Source: Vermamoeba vermiformis
Lineage: Eukaryota
Assembly: GCA_045837725.1 (NCBI GenBank)
Contig: JBEWZL010000276.1
Location: 124,001-188,000, forward strand
DNA length: 64,000 nucleotides
Direction: 5' to 3'
Position 1 is the stretch's first letter; each line of letters starts with the position of its first letter. The notes below the pieces were generated by a model. That model did not search any database and was not told where the DNA came from. It saw only the letters and a list, made by a program, of their open reading frames with translations. Of the stretch, positions 13,344 through 27,296 are shown piece by piece. A program made the position numbers and the translations under genes.

Positions 13344-14095
13344 CTTTCAGCTTCTATGGCGTTCTGATTTGGAATCGATTTCGATTTGGAAGCTTTTTGC
13401 GCTTTTTTGCCTCACCCTTTCTAGAAACTATAGAATATTCTAGGTTTGTAATTAGCAGTAACACAAATCAATAATGTTTACTAACCTTTGCTGTGAAGCT
13501 GATCCAAATAATCGCTAATGAAAATATCACTCACTCTCGAGCTAAAGGCGCTTTGATTTAACTAAATCACCCTCAATTACATGTCAGGACTCCAACTAAT
13601 GTAAGTTTGAACGCACGTTGCATCACATTTGGAGAGGACATCTCAAACAAAGGGGTGCCATCCGAAAATGGGATCTTTCCGAAAGATCCTAAAAACTCTC
13701 GCTTTTTGTATCTAAACTCACTGCCAACGTTCATTTAAATTAGATTTGGTAGCTTTGGTATCTACTCTTATCGTCCTAATGGATACGCGCGTTTCTTCTA
13801 GAAGAATATCAACGACTTCGACAAAAATTCCGCAAAACTAAGGTAAGCCTAGACTCACGCAACTTGCACTTCAATACTACACCATATCTAATTCAAAATT
13901 TCTCCATTTCCTTGAAGTTAACGCGACACTCTGGTCTGCTGCACTGACCACAAACGGAGCCTGGTAATAGTTAACAGAGCAGAAGGTTGCATCTTTGTTG
14001 CGGGAGAGTCTGTTAAAGGCAAGATAAGCGAGGGCGCAGACGCTAGTCCTATCGACCGAGCGACTCGGCTTCCGCTCCGACACCGCCTTCAACAA

Positions 14096-14169
14096 GGTTC
14101 CATGGTGTAGTTGGTTATCACATCTGCTTAACACGCAGTAGGTCCTCGGTTCGATTCCGAGTGGAACCA
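14096..14169 (+). tRNA. tRNA-Val(AAC)
   Basis: Acceptor GGTTCCA/TGGAACC, anticodon loop TT-AAC-AC, GTTCGATTC T-arm, T-run terminator after. Confidence 0.95.
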
Positions 14170-14598
14170 TTTCTTTTTTGTTTTTCTTTTTGCCTGCGAT
14201 ACCTAGATTGCCGTCTGCAGTTTTGCCAACCTTTTGGAGATCGAGCGAACTCCATGACGTGTCCTCATGTAGAGCCACTAACCTCATCTCTCAGGCGGCC
14301 GCAGATAAATCTAGATTCCCAAATTCACTAACTACGAACAAGGGATGCCTGGACTACCAACCATCGTAACTTGCGATAGCTCAACCATGCAGTATGAATA
14401 GACTGATGAGCACAATGTCATTTCAAACAAGCCAGAACTTGAAAAACGGTTGTCGGCCGAATGCACACTGTCGGACAACGGCGAATGTCAATCGAGACAC
14501 CGCACCCGAGCCGTGACTGCGCACAGCAGCGCAGCAAAGGAAATTGCTTGCTTCCGACCGATGCAGACCCTGTTTTTGCAACACGTCGGATCAACAAC

Positions 14599-14672
14599 GG
14601 CCGTTTAGCTCAGTTGGTTAGAGCATCGTGCTAATAACGCGAGGGTCCCAGGTTCGATCCCTGGAATGGCCA
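14599..14672 (+). tRNA. tRNA-Ile(AAT)
   Basis: Acceptor GGCCGTT/AATGGCC, anticodon loop CT-AAT-AA, GTTCGATCC T-arm, T-run terminator. Confidence 0.95.
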
Positions 14673-15008
14673 TATTTTTTTTTATCTTCTGTTTTTACTG
14701 GACCTTCGTTACTCCTTCTTGCACTACCATGTAAACCCTTCCTTTCGTATGTGTCTTTGGCGTTAAATAAAAATTCTTGATCCGCCGATTTTCGTATCAT
14801 TTGCTTTCCATAATCGACCCTTACACTCAGGTCTACATTACGGGCTTCCCTTCGTTATTTCAGAAGCCTTTTTTGGGTTGCCGTCAACGCAGTTGCGTTT
14901 TGCGCGCCTTTTTTCGCGGGAGATTTTGGCGCCGAAATCAATCTATTTTCATTCTCGCCTTTGCCTTGACCACCACAAAACCTTGGAAGACAGCAAAGGA
15001 ATAATAAA

Positions 15009-18000
15009 ATGAGCACTAAGAAGAGGTCATCCAAAGCAGCAGTTGAAGAGTAAGATTGCTCGATCTTTTAAATTAATTTTTTTTTTGGATTAGTTTTCCA
15101 ATAATATTAGTTATTTTATTAAAATCTAATTCATTGTTAGGGTCTCCGATAACGAGAAGGAGAATACTCTAAATCTCTCTGCTGAATCTCCTGGCTCGGC
15201 TAGCAAAAAACGAGCAGCCAACGATTCCCCTGCTCCCTCTAGACCCAAAAAATCACAAAAAAAATCAAAGGGCGACACTCCTGGCCAAGGAGCTCAAGCA
15301 GAGGAAGAGCAAGAAAAGAAAGGCAAGAAACGAAGACGATCGGAGCCAGGAAGCCCAAAGAAAACAAAAAAGAAGAGAAAGAGCGACGGTGATGGCTCTG
15401 ATTTAACCGAAGAGAATGTAAAATTATTTGGTAAGCACTTAAATTTTGTTGTTCGAACTTGCGTCTGACACTGATCTTGACTTCCGCAGAAATTATGAAG
15501 AGCAGAAATGCAGCTCTTACAATCACTATCGACGAGTGGCTTAAAACCTACGAAGAAGAAAAGGAAGACGCAATGTTCGCGTTGGTGAACTTCATTGTTC
15601 AATCTTGCGGTTCGACTGCCACGATTGCCCGGGATGAATTCGACACTTTTGAGCCCAATGATGACATTAAAGCCATCTTGCGTCGTCTTACTGAAGAGAC
15701 TGGCCTTGAGGCCGTAAGTACAGAGCGTCTATACATGAACGTATGGAGACTGATCTGTCCGGCCAACAGGAAGGAGGAGAATATCCTATCGTGTCGCGCA
15801 AACAAGCCTTGAAGAAGTTCAAGGCAAACTTCATGGAGTTTTGGAAGAAGTTGATCAGCCAATGCTCCAAGACTGTTCTTTACGACGGCTACTTCTTGCC
15901 TCAACTCATTGGTTGGGTCAACGCCATTTCAGAGTACGTTTAGCCCACTTGATCTAAAACAGGTACTAACATTAGTCTTGCAGAAACGATATCAGAACTT
16001 TCCGTCACACTGCTACAGTTATCGGCTTGCAAATTGTTCGCTCACTGTGTACGGTTGGAGCTTCTCTTCGCAATCAACTCGAGACAAACGATCGCTTGTT
16101 GAAGGCCGAGAATAAGAAGAAAGACGCTGAAAAGTCTAAGGTGACTAGCTTGACAAAGAAATCTCAACAATTAAACAAGAACATTGCTTCCATCGAAGAA
16201 CACATCAACGATTTGTTCGAGCAGTAAGTATTAATGCTGCAAACCTGATAGGCTCAGTATTAACCTCTGTAATAGTATCTTCGCTCATCGTTATCGTGAC
16301 ATCTTCCCCGACATTCGCTCCGCTTGCATTGAAGCTCTTGGTCAATGGATGATGGAGTACCCCGCGTTCTTCTTAACGGACAACCACTTGAGATACTTCG
16401 GTTGGATGATTTCTGACAAGGTTGGTGAAGTCCGCATCACCGCTCTCAAGTCAATGCAAAAGCTCTATGCCAAAGACGATATTCGCGTGCAATTGGACAA
16501 CTTCACTCAGTACTTCAAGTCGCGCATCATTCAAACCATCGAAGACAAAGTCGCCGCTATTGATAGCATTACTTTGAACGGTCAATTGGCTGAGTACGTT
16601 CATCTTAGACATTTATGCAAGGCTAAGTTCTGACCATTCTTTGTAGGGCTGAGCTTCTGGATGAAGACGACATTAACAGAATCTACGCATTGATTTCTGA
16701 CGAAAATGCTGCCATCCGCTTTGCTGCAGGCGAGTTTATCTATCAACACTTGCTCAACAAGACTAGCGCCGATCCTTCCAACCCCGACCACGACGCTCAG
16801 TTGAGAGCTTTCTTGGACTTCATCGAAGAAAAGACTCAACACGCCGAGTTGCCCAACTACATCGTTGACGCTTTGTGGGGCAAGGCTGCCGTTTTGAAGG
16901 ATTGGGCTGCTATGACCAACCTCTTGCTCACTGAGTCTCAAAAGAAGGCTCTTTCGGACTCACAACAAACTTTGTTGGTGCGCATCCTGAATTGCTCCGT
17001 GAAGAAGGCTTGCGGTGAAAAGATCGTTCCCAAGACTAAGGCCGATCCGGACCACAAGGACAAGAAGGAAGCTATTCAAGAGAACAGAAGCAAGCTCAGC
17101 GAGCACCTCGTCAAGGCTTTGCCTCAAGTTTTGCAGAAGTTCAAGGCTGACAAAGAAAAGACTGCTGATCTGGTTGAAATCCCTCAGTACTTCGACTTGG
17201 GAGTGTACTCGACTTTCAGATTGACCACTCAACACAAAGAACTCCTCAAGTTGTTGCAAGAAATCTTCAACAAGTCAGTCGACGAGTCTACCTTTAGAAA
17301 TATTGCCAAGACTCTTAGCTACTTCCAACAAGAGAACGAAAACGCTCGTCAAACAGACGTTGCCATCAACGAGCTTAGCGATACTGCCTTCACAAAGTTC
17401 AGATCTGCTTTGGACAACGCCGAGAGCGAAGAGTCCGAAGAGGAGTTGGCTTTGACCCTTGCTCTTCAACGTCTTGCTGAACTAACCAAGTACTTGGGTC
17501 TCGCTCATTTGGACGATTTGTTCGACACTGTCGATAACGCTCTTCGCGGAAACCTTGCTGCTCATGGTGACGAGCCCGTTATTCGCGCATTTGACATCTT
17601 GTTCTACCAACTCGCTTGGGCCAGAAGCAAGATCGATCCTAGCAGACCTGATACAAACGCTATCGATACTCTCGTCAGAAAGCGCGACGCTGTCTTCAGA
17701 CTCTTGGAGAAGTATTTGACCAACAAGTCTGTTGCCATTGCTGAAAAGGCCTACCTGGTTGCCAACGACATGCTCATTCTGTTCTCTAAGAGCATGCGTG
17801 AAGCCAAGACATCTTTGTCCTCATTGGCTTACTCTCCGTCTGCCGCCTTGGTTACCAAGATCCGAGGTTTCTTTGACGATGAAGTCACAAATAAGCAAAC
17901 TTTCCGCGACGACGAAGACGAAATGGCACGCAAGGAGAAGCTGATCACTGCTCTTGCCAAGTCGATTGCCTTCAACGCCCTCAACGCTGAGCACGCCCCT

Positions 18001-19071
18001 GCTGTCCTTTGCAACTTCGTCAGCCACGGCAAATTTATTGAAGAAATCGTCAAGACTTTCTTGCACAAGATTCGTGAGAAGTACAAGGACTTCGAGTATC
18101 GTTTCGTCTTGGAAACCTTGAAGATCAAGTACGAACAAATCGAATCCTCCATTACTGAGGGCGAAGCAGTCACCGTTCCCACAAGTCCTCAAAAGAAGAA
18201 GAAATCCAAGTCCAAGAAGACTGATGACGAAGAAGACCAAGATAAAGAGAAGGAAGAAGAAGACGACTTGGAAGAGGACGACGAAGACACTGCGACCCGA
18301 ACACCTCTTCGTGCCCTTGAACGATTGTCCAAGCGTTTGGCTGATACCTACGGTATTCCTACTCAACGACACGAATGGCTCAGAAGGAGTTTGTATCAAG
18401 TGGTGAAGAGCTGCATGTACTACGCTATCGAGGACTTCCCCTCTCGTGTCAACTTCTTCCGAGCTGCTTTGTTCTTCTTGTCCAAGCTTGACGCTCAATC
18501 TGCTCGCATCTTGCGTGATGACTTTAACCGCAAGACTGCTGATCTCGAGTACGACGAGTTTGACCACAAGCTCCGACCTTTCTTGTCCTTCAAGGAAAAG
18601 CTTGAACGCTTGGCCTCCGGTGAGAAGGGCAGCCCTGCTAAGAAGAAAGCCACTACTTCCAAGAAGCAGTCTGAGAACGTTCGCAAGAAGCTTGAGTTCA
18701 CTAAGTCCAAGCAGTCCAAGGACAGTGAGGAAGATGAGAACAATGAAGAGGAAGAGGCTCTTCAAGACAAGCGCAAGACTAAAGGCAAGGGCAAGGGCAA
18801 GAAACAAACCGAAGAAGAGGAAGAGCCCGAAGAAACCACTTCGTCGAAGAAAAAGGGCGCTAAGGGCAAGGGCAAGAAGCAAGCCTCTGAAGAGGAAGAA
18901 GCCTCTGAAGAAGAGCCCCAACAAAAGAAGGGAAAGAAGGGCACTAACACTTCTCGTGTTCAATCTATTTACAGTGAAGAAGAGCCCGAGAAGAGCGACG
19001 AAGAAGATGAAAATACAAGCTTCGATGAAGATCAGATTCGCGAAAAACTTTTTGGAACTCGAAGCAAGTAG
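15009..19071 (+). CDS. SCC3: Cohesin subunit SCC3/STAG (SA)
   Basis: IDEWLKTYEEEKEDAMFALVNFIVQSCG, EYPI, FRHTAT, IFAHRYRDIFPDIRSACIEALGQWMMEYPAFFLTDNHLRYFGWMISDK, EIPQYFDL; K/E-rich tail; multi-exon 5' half. Confidence 0.93.
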
Positions 19072-19188
19072 ATTAGTTAGTAATGGAGGGCTCTGAAGTG
19101 AGTCTCTATTTTTAACCTTGTAATATAGCCATAAATAGTATTATTATTATTGAACTTGTGAGGTTTAATTGAAATGTAACCTGCGGAT

Positions 19189-20420
19189 CTACATTGTAGG
19201 TACATCAGGGTGATCGTGAACCAATTCTTCGTCCAAAAGCTTAATAATATCAGTCATAGTCACAACGCCCCAAAGTCTGTGAGCGCTGTCAACGATGTAT
19301 ACGCGGTGAATGTGATTTTCTACCATTTGGAAGATTGCCTAAAGAGGATAAAGTTAGCTTGACACTTGACTTCAACGAAGGACGTACTTCTTCGACGGTA
19401 CTCTCGGGCAAGACGGTGACGGGGAATGGCTTATTCTCGGGCTTGGGAATCTGCTGCAAGGCCCAGGATACGTCCAAGAACATGGTAGCCAACAGATCTG
19501 GACCGTAACCCAAGTGCTTCAAATCCGACGCGCTAATATTTCCGATGAGTCTGCTGTTGTTGTCGAGAACAGCGACACCGGACACTTGTTCGTCTCTAAT
19601 CTTGAACAAAGCGTCTTTGATCAGATCGAATTGTGACACGCAAACCACGTTTCTAAAGCCCAATTTCAATTCAGCAAGTGTCTTTGAATGACACTTGAAC
19701 TCTTTGACGTGCTGAGCCACGAGATTAATAATATCGCTTTGAGTTAAGATGCCGACCAAGCTGTTGTCAAAGGCAGGAGAAACAATTGCTGCGCGGTACA
19801 CGTTCGCTTTGTGCAAAACACGAAGACCAATCGCTAATGATTCGCCTTCCTTGATCTAATCCAGATCCAAGATCAAATTAGCTCTGTTATAATCTTTGTA
19901 CACACGTTACTTACTTGAATAAACTTATTGCGTTTTGAGGCATTGGCCACTTCTTTGCAAGTCACAGAACCGAATTTCTCGTGGGCCTCGAGCATTTTCA
20001 ATTTGCCGACTCCTTTGCCCTCTTCTAAATCTGATTTTGAGGCAATCTGCATGATTAAATTTTACGAGGTGAGTTTCAGTGTTTACAATAAGCGCGTGCG
20101 ATCTCGCAAAATTTTCATGAACAGAGGTCTGAGGCTTACCGACAGAATAAAGCATAGAATATCAATAATATCCACAAATTGATAGTATCTTTGCGTTGCT
20201 GTATCTAATACGGGCACAGCTAATATATTATGCGCAGTAATTCTTTGGTAAGCATCTGTCACCTAAAAAAAATTGCATTAATTTTCATAATTCAATTGAA
20301 ATAATGATTAGCGACAATTTATATTACTTTATCAGTGTCTTGCACTCCTATTACTGACGCGCCACCGCGAAATTTTTTTACAATAGTTTTGATCGGGACT
20401 TGGCCGAAGATGGCTGACAT
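19189..20420 (-). CDS. CBS-domain protein (AMPK-gamma/SDS23-like)
   Basis: Four CBS repeats: ILAVPVLD..YLSICG, LVGILTQSDII, VSGVAVLD..LIGNISASDL, IHRVYIVD..GVVTMTDII. Confidence 0.8.
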
Positions 20421-20697
20421 TGTAGAAGATGTGAGGATATTAAAATGAAATAAAGGGTTGTTGTATGCAAGTGTGGTATTGCAAATGTTGATTTGAAAGA
20501 GAAAAGTTTTGGTCAAAATTTGGTTCGTGTGGATCAAAAAAAGATTTACCCTTGTGAGACCAGGACAACACACATCAAGCGAGCAATAATAATAAGGCTA
20601 CTAAAAGCGACGATCTTGGTGGCGTGGATTGATATAGAGCCTAAATGAGAACTTGTTGACGAAAAGTCGGATCGCCTACCAATAATTAATTTCAAAC

Positions 20698-23600
20698 ATG
20701 AACACGCGCAAAAAAATCATTCAATGGGCGCCTCATAATCCCAGCTATTTTGCGGTTGGCTCGACGGACTTAAGAATTTACGAGATCAAAGGAAAGGTAC
20801 GTCACGAAAAAAATGCAACAATTTCATTAATCATTATTTTGGTTGTATTATTTGGAAAATATTTATGTGCATATTTTAGTGATTTATTACAGCTATTTTT
20901 ATGATTACTAACTAATTACGCTGATCAGAATGAAAACAAAACTCCTTTGCGTGGCATCCAGCAATATATCGACGCTGCTAAAGGTAACAATAACATAAAT
21001 AAATAATATGTGCTAATATGTTGCAAAGAAAATTCATCAAAGAAAGAATCAAAGTCCATCTCGTTGTTCGGAGTGGCCGCTGATCCGCAATTTCAAAATT
21101 TGAAGGTAAGTGTTTATTACTACGTTAGCATGAATTTGTGCCCATCGTATTTAATTTTTTTTATATTTATCGGAGCACGATGATCTATGGGTGTCCGTTC
21201 GTTGGACTAATTTCTGAAAATACAGCAAGCAATGCATTTTCGTAAATTAGTTTATAAATATTATATTACTCCCGTGCCTTTTTTTTTGGCGAATTGGCTC
21301 GTAGCTACATCCAAAAATATTTTACCTGCTAGATCACGAATAGTCTGAAACTTGCGCATAAATAATTAATTTAAAATTACTAGTGTATGGCATGGAGTCC
21401 CGAGGCAGTAGACAACGAACCGGTTGTAGCGATTGGTCTTGCTAGTGGTCGTGTAGGCCTGACACGATTTTCATTGAGCGGATCTGACCAGCAAAACAAC
21501 ACCAATAACACCAATCTCACAGCACCTATTAGTACCAATACCAGTACTACAGCTACGTCAACTGGAAACATTACAAAGTTGTTCGTGCCGCGACACGCAC
21601 GTGCTTGTAACGCATTGGCGTGGAATCACGTGCACAAGAACTTGGTGGCATGTGGTTTGGAGAAAGTTCGATCCGATTATTCTTGCCTTATTTGGGATAT
21701 CAATCAACCTGGCATGATTGCTAGCGAAGAAGGCGATGACATGTAAGTGGCACCCTCATAACAACTCATTTTTTTCGACCCTTTTATATGCACTCACGAA
21801 ATAACTATGCTTTACCTATTCGAAATTACGATTATATTATTTTTAAGTACGAGTACGGATAATGTTCCCAAAATATTTTTCTCGAGCCTCGCATTGGAGG
21901 TTCATAACTTTTGGAACACAAAATTGAGATGTTTAGCAAGTTGTTTTATGTGCCATTGACGGGTGCTATCGAAGCCATGCAGTGAGATCTCTAACCTCGT
22001 GTGTGGTCAAAGTGCATTCAATATCTTCACATTTCTTTTTTTTTGACGCGCAACTTACTTTGTTTTACAGGGGCTCGAAGTCAGGCGTGTTGAGCAATTC
22101 AGCGGCTGATGTGTTCAATGTCATGGCCACTTCAACTGTTGAAAAAGTTGAGCGTGCTACGGTAAGTCATAAATATAAATCATATCATTGGCACGTGTCT
22201 TACTCGTGTACATTTTCAGCGCGAGTTTGCAAACTCTGAAGCAACAGTAGCGTTGGCCTGGCTGCCTAGCAATCCATTGTGTTTGGCTACTGGTACTGGC
22301 ACTAAGTGGCTCCGTATATACGATTTAAGAGCTCCATACAAAGCACCGAAATCAGCCGTCGCGCATTCCAAGGCAGTGTACGGTGTGACATTTGATCCAT
22401 TCCACGAAGATCGATTGGCGACCTTCTCTGAAGATGCAATAATTAAGATCTGGGACCTCAGGCAATTAAAAGACCCGGTAGGTTATCATTTCATTCGCCC
22501 GTAACAGTTTCACTGACCTAGCCAGATTTTGTCGTTGAATACCAACTCGAAGGGTCTCGTACAAATTGAATGGTGTCCCACACGAGCAGGAGTCTTGGCC
22601 GTGATCGGAAAAGAAGAGAGTAGCATTCGGTTGTGGGACATTAAAGATTCTTACAGTCAACTCAATGCTGCTAGCAAGGACGGCGTTGAGCCTGCCATTA
22701 CTGAAGCACTGACAAAGCCTTCACGAAGTAAGCCATAACCAACTTTTTGACACCAATGCGTTCTAACCGTCGTCCCTAAGGCTATGACACGAGTGATGTA
22801 GTCGTGTCTGTGGGCTGGTCTCCCTTCTTAGACTTCAAACTAGCGGCACTGACTAACGGTGGTGCTGTCGAAATTGCAGCGCTGCACGCGCCTCTTGGAC
22901 TCTCAATCGGTGCACCGCTGTCATTGGCTGTGGCAGACGGTCGCGCAGTTTGGGAAGGTGTTGCAACGCCTAATGGTGAAGCAGATGACATTTCCACCAC
23001 GATGCGCATGCGTGCCGAGTTGGGTTACAGCGCTGATGTAAGTTCAAGCCTATTATCACTGATGATCGTGCACGTGTTAACCTCGAACTTCTTGCAGCTC
23101 AAAATTAACAAGGACCTGTCAGCCAAGTTCAAGGACGATCAATTAGAGTACATTTGGAATTGGCTATATAGTAAGCATTGCCGTAATATTGTTGCATAAT
23201 TAACGATTGTCTTAGATGTCAAACATATTTATAACTGGGGACGGTCTGGCGAAATTAAAGGCATTTACAGTATTATTCATATGAGCCGTGAACCATCGAG
23301 TAAGTCCTGCCCTGTTATGTTTTCAAACAATAGTCGTACTAACTACCCGCTCTTGAACAGAGGAAGAAAAAGGTGCCTTTGACAAAGTTGTATTATACAA
23401 GTCAGCAGAACGAACTTTCTGCGAGAAGCTGTGTGGCTGGGGATTTTCAGGCGACGTGCAGCTCGAAGCGAGGTTATCACAGTAAGTCTTTCGTGTCTTT
23501 ATTTCGACCCAAACTAACTGGACTGACGTGCAGACTCGAAGACGAGAAGCAATTTGAAAAGGCTGCAGCATTGGCAGTGTTCCATTTGGACATTAAACGT

Positions 23601-24773
23601 GCCATCTTGTCGTTGAACAAGGCACCAAACACCGAACAAGCCATGAACTTGAAGTTTATCGGTATGGCACTGGCTGGTTTCGGAACGAACCCCGATAGAC
23701 TGTGGCGTGAGACTTGTCAACCATTCGTTGAAAAGTTGAAGGTAAACATTACCTGCACGCAGCAAGTGATTCACTTTCTAACCCTTTTGCAATAGGTTTC
23801 AAACCCATATTTGTCAACAGTATTTGGCTTCTTGTGCAGCATTGGCGAGACGAGCTCTTACGACAACGTATTGGGCGATGCCTCGTTGATTTCATTGAGC
23901 GACAAGTTAGCCTTTGCTAATCGATTCCTTGACGACGAACGATTGAAAGCGTACATTGAACGTGTCAAGAAGCGCGTTATTGCTGAGGGCAACCTTCAAG
24001 GGCTGGGACTGACGGGCGTTGATTCATTGGGCCAAGGCTTGGACTTGCTACAAAACTATTTAAATAAGTAAGTAGTATTTGTAAGGAGTATCGGCTTCGT
24101 ATTCAAGCTAACCATCGTATTAGTACGGCTGATATTCAAACAGTATCGCTCATCTTATCGCACATTTCGAGCCGTAAAGTAAAAGACGCACGAGTACTCA
24201 AGTGGGTCGCAGTGTACAGAGACATGTTAGATCAATGGGGACTGTGGAAAGAACGAGCCAAATTGGACGTGCAACGAGTTCCCACCTTAGATTCAAAGCC
24301 ACCAGCACAAGTACGTTACTAACATCAGTCGATAATGGCTTCAGTCCTAACAACCCCTCGCTTAGGTGTTTGCCCGGTGTAACTTCTGCGGTCAGAGTCT
24401 GACTTTGGGTCGTGAGAGTCGAGGAGCCAAGTCACTAGCCGCGAGCAAAACACGGCCAGGTGTGACACAGTTCAGCACGAACAAAGCTCAAAATAACCCC
24501 GCGAAGATTAGCGCGTGTCCTCATTGCAAGAAACCACTGCCTAAGTGCTCGCTATGTTTATTACCGTTCAACGTTACACCACCAGATCCACGGCACCACG
24601 TGGCTAGCGATGGTGTCACGTGGCATTCAGGTCGTAATGAATTTGATGATTGGATCACGTGGTGTCAGAATTGCAAGCACGGAGGTCACGCTAAGCACAT
24701 ATTTGAGTGGTTTGAAACCCACAACGAATGTCCTGTCAGTGATTGCCATTGCAATTGTGTTTTGTATAAATAA
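20698..24773 (+). CDS. MIOS: GATOR2 subunit MIOS/SEA4 (WD40 + C-terminal zinc/RING)
   Basis: PRHARACNALAWN, GLEKVRSDYSCLIWD, HSKAVYGVTFDPF, ADDISTTMRMRAELGY, AAALAVFH, GNLQGLGLTG, GDIQT, CPHCKKPLPKCSLCL, WCQNCKHGGHAKHIFEWFETHNECPVSDCHCNC. Confidence 0.93.
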
Positions 24774-24990
24774 AAGAACCAACAAACATAGACAGGCTCA
24801 AAGAAATTATCACTGCATTTATTAAGCATCATAGCACCCAGCAAACGAGGATTGAGCTGCAACAACAACTGTAATTTGCATAGATATTCCGCAGCGGTTC
24901 AACTTCAATACTTTACTTACTACTGAAATGTTGACCACCTCAGATCAACGAAGAAGAGCGGCGAACTTAGCTTGCACACGCGTACTCTTG

Positions 24991-26895
24991 TCATTCAATC
25001 AATAAATGAGTGAACTCTAGCAGTGCTTCTTCAACGTTTAGGCGCTCCGTCCACTCTCGAACAATCTGTGCATGGTTTTAGTGTTTAATGCATCCATAAC
25101 GACTCACCATTTTGTTGATAATATCAGTTACTTCAGTCGTAGATTGACGCCATTTGTTCGAGTAGTACTCGAGAACTTTGCCAGCACTGAACACATCCGC
25201 AACAAATGTTTTGCGATAGTCTGGCGAAACGAAATCTTTCTGCCCAAACAAGTAGAAGCGATCACTGCTCCAGTCTTGCTTGATGAACTGAACGCAGTCA
25301 TAGTCGATCAGCTGATGGAATTGTATTAGTATTAGCTACCTTTTAACTCAACTTCAAAAATACTTACAATGAGATTATCCTCATCGTCCCACATGATATT
25401 TGATGGAGCAATGTCACCATGAATCAGTCCATACGAGTGAAGTGTCTTCACTGCTGTCAGAAGTTCCACTGCTATTCTGATCACGTTCTTGTTTCTTGGT
25501 TTGCGATGATATCGAGGCATTGTCATCACGACTCCTGTGCACTCGTTGCATCGAAACATCTCGAATGAGAGCAAGGTTGGGAAGTGTTTCTTGCCACTCA
25601 TCATTTGTGTCACGAAGAACTCGTGTGGAATCAGCACTGTCAGATCATACGGACTACTTCCATTCCTGGCTTCGTTGGGGTTCATGAATGGAAGGCCAGT
25701 GAGCATCTTGCCGCATACTTTTCGTCCTTCAAGTGTGCCGAACAACACTCGCGGAACTTTTTTCTTCCTTTTAAGGCGATAAGAATTCATCGAGGCTTGT
25801 CTCCACTTCACTCCTGATGAGTTCTTAAAAATGTCGGTGAGCTTTCGTTGTTTTGTGTCACTCAGCAGTGAGTACGAATGTGCGTCTACTCTTTTCGAGA
25901 GACTGATTTCGCTGTAGCAATCCAGCAAAGCTCTTGTCAAAATTAAAGTGAGTGGTCAGTTCAATGCGCATGGCTCACACGTACTCGTAGTCAAAAGTGT
26001 TTGGTATTTCAGGAATGTCGTACACTCCTGTCTGCAGTGCTTTGATTGCATTGCTCGCTGACAGTCGCATTGATGGCTCGGGGTTTGTCTTTCGTTAAAA
26101 GTGTGAGCGAAAAACGTGTTGGATCTCGAACATAACGTACCAACACCTCCACAAGTCTCTTTAATTTTGTATTATTTGATCTATATTGCTTCGTCCATTT
26201 TTTTATTATTCGCCCAGCGCGTACCATGTCGTAGAGGGGCTGGCGTCGGTGGCCGTCCTCAGTCCATACGCCGCCATAAACGGCGATGTCCGCGTGAAAG
26301 AAGCACGAGTTCCATGAAGCAATCTAGTAATAAATAATTAGATTAAGAAAAGGAACTAAATTAATAATATTCACCTTGATTTCACCGTTGTTCCATTCAA
26401 TGGTTGAATCGTCAAGCTGCGAGTGAACAGCGCCAATTTTATGAAGAATTTCGAGCACTTGAAGAAGTTGAAGAGCCATATCAGTGACGCTCATGTGTTT
26501 GGGAGGCTCTTTTGAGTATTTTTTCAACTCAAAGTAAAAACCGCGAGAGTACGCGCGTTTCAGTTCGGCAAATCCGATCAGTTCTGGAACACCAAAAACT
26601 CCTTGCATCTCCAATAAAAAATATAATTCCACCTTTCTTAATTCTAAAATTGAAAAGGATGTAAGAGATAATAAATCTCGTAGTTTTAATAAGTTTTCGG
26701 CGGATCGAACTTACTGCGCCATTCAAAATCCTTTTCGGTTGGTTTAGGTGGCTTTTTAAACAACCACTCGTTATATTTTCCATTTTTCATGCCTTCTTTA
26801 ATTCGTACTTCGGCTTGTATAAAACTAACGCCGTAAAACTTGGCACTTCGAGGCAAATAAGCCAAATTAAGCTGTTCATAATTTGCTTTATGCAT
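24991..26895 (-). CDS. Tandem kinase-fold protein: N-terminal pseudokinase + C-terminal atypical protein kinase
   Basis: Domain 1 LEILHKIGAVHSQLDD (no catalytic D); domain 2 LHSYGLIHGDIAPSNIM..LIDYD..ADVFSAG; GT-AG introns (~26089-26139, ~25933-25984, ~25318-25367, ~25066-25107) join the ORFs in frame. Confidence 0.7.
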
Positions 26896-27296
26896 CTTAT
26901 TCCTATCGCCGATAAAATTACAAACCTTTTGTTACGTTGATTTAAATGTAAACCGGCAAGCGGCGGGCGGGAAAAATTTTCTTGCTAACAAGTTCCGAAT
27001 TGGCGGCACATTTTCTAATGCTTTTTACCAAACTAAAATATTACCATATTACAGAGTTTTAGTAATATCTTTTAGCTGCGCGTTAATCACTGATCTTGCT
27101 CCAGATGGCCAATCTTCCACTCTGAGCTGAGTGAGACTCCAATATTCCTCACTATCAAATATTAGCTTTCTTTTTCACTACGTGTGTTCGTGAAATGAGG
27201 ATCGGAAGAGTTTGACAGGTCCAAAAATACTTCTAGAACATTGTCCGGTCATACGAGCACACAAAATTCAAGCAAATACAACATGACATAGCAAAA

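Noticed and set aside
13670-13690. Near-perfect palindrome GGATCTTTCCGAAAGATCC
   Set aside because: Single short instance, no repeat or element context
14400-14450. CTGATGAG, possible hammerhead ribozyme core between the tRNAs
   Set aside because: No stem II followed by GAAA and no flanking stems could be built
13877-14800. ORFs 13877-14287 and 14618-14800
   Set aside because: They read through the antisense of the tRNA genes; not protein-like
17821-18963. 380-aa minus-strand ORF
   Set aside because: Antisense shadow of the K/E-rich SCC3 exon; Leu/Phe-rich composition is the expected mirror
21106-21383. Possible C/D snoRNA in a long MIOS intron
   Set aside because: CTGA present but no proper RTGATGA box or terminal stem
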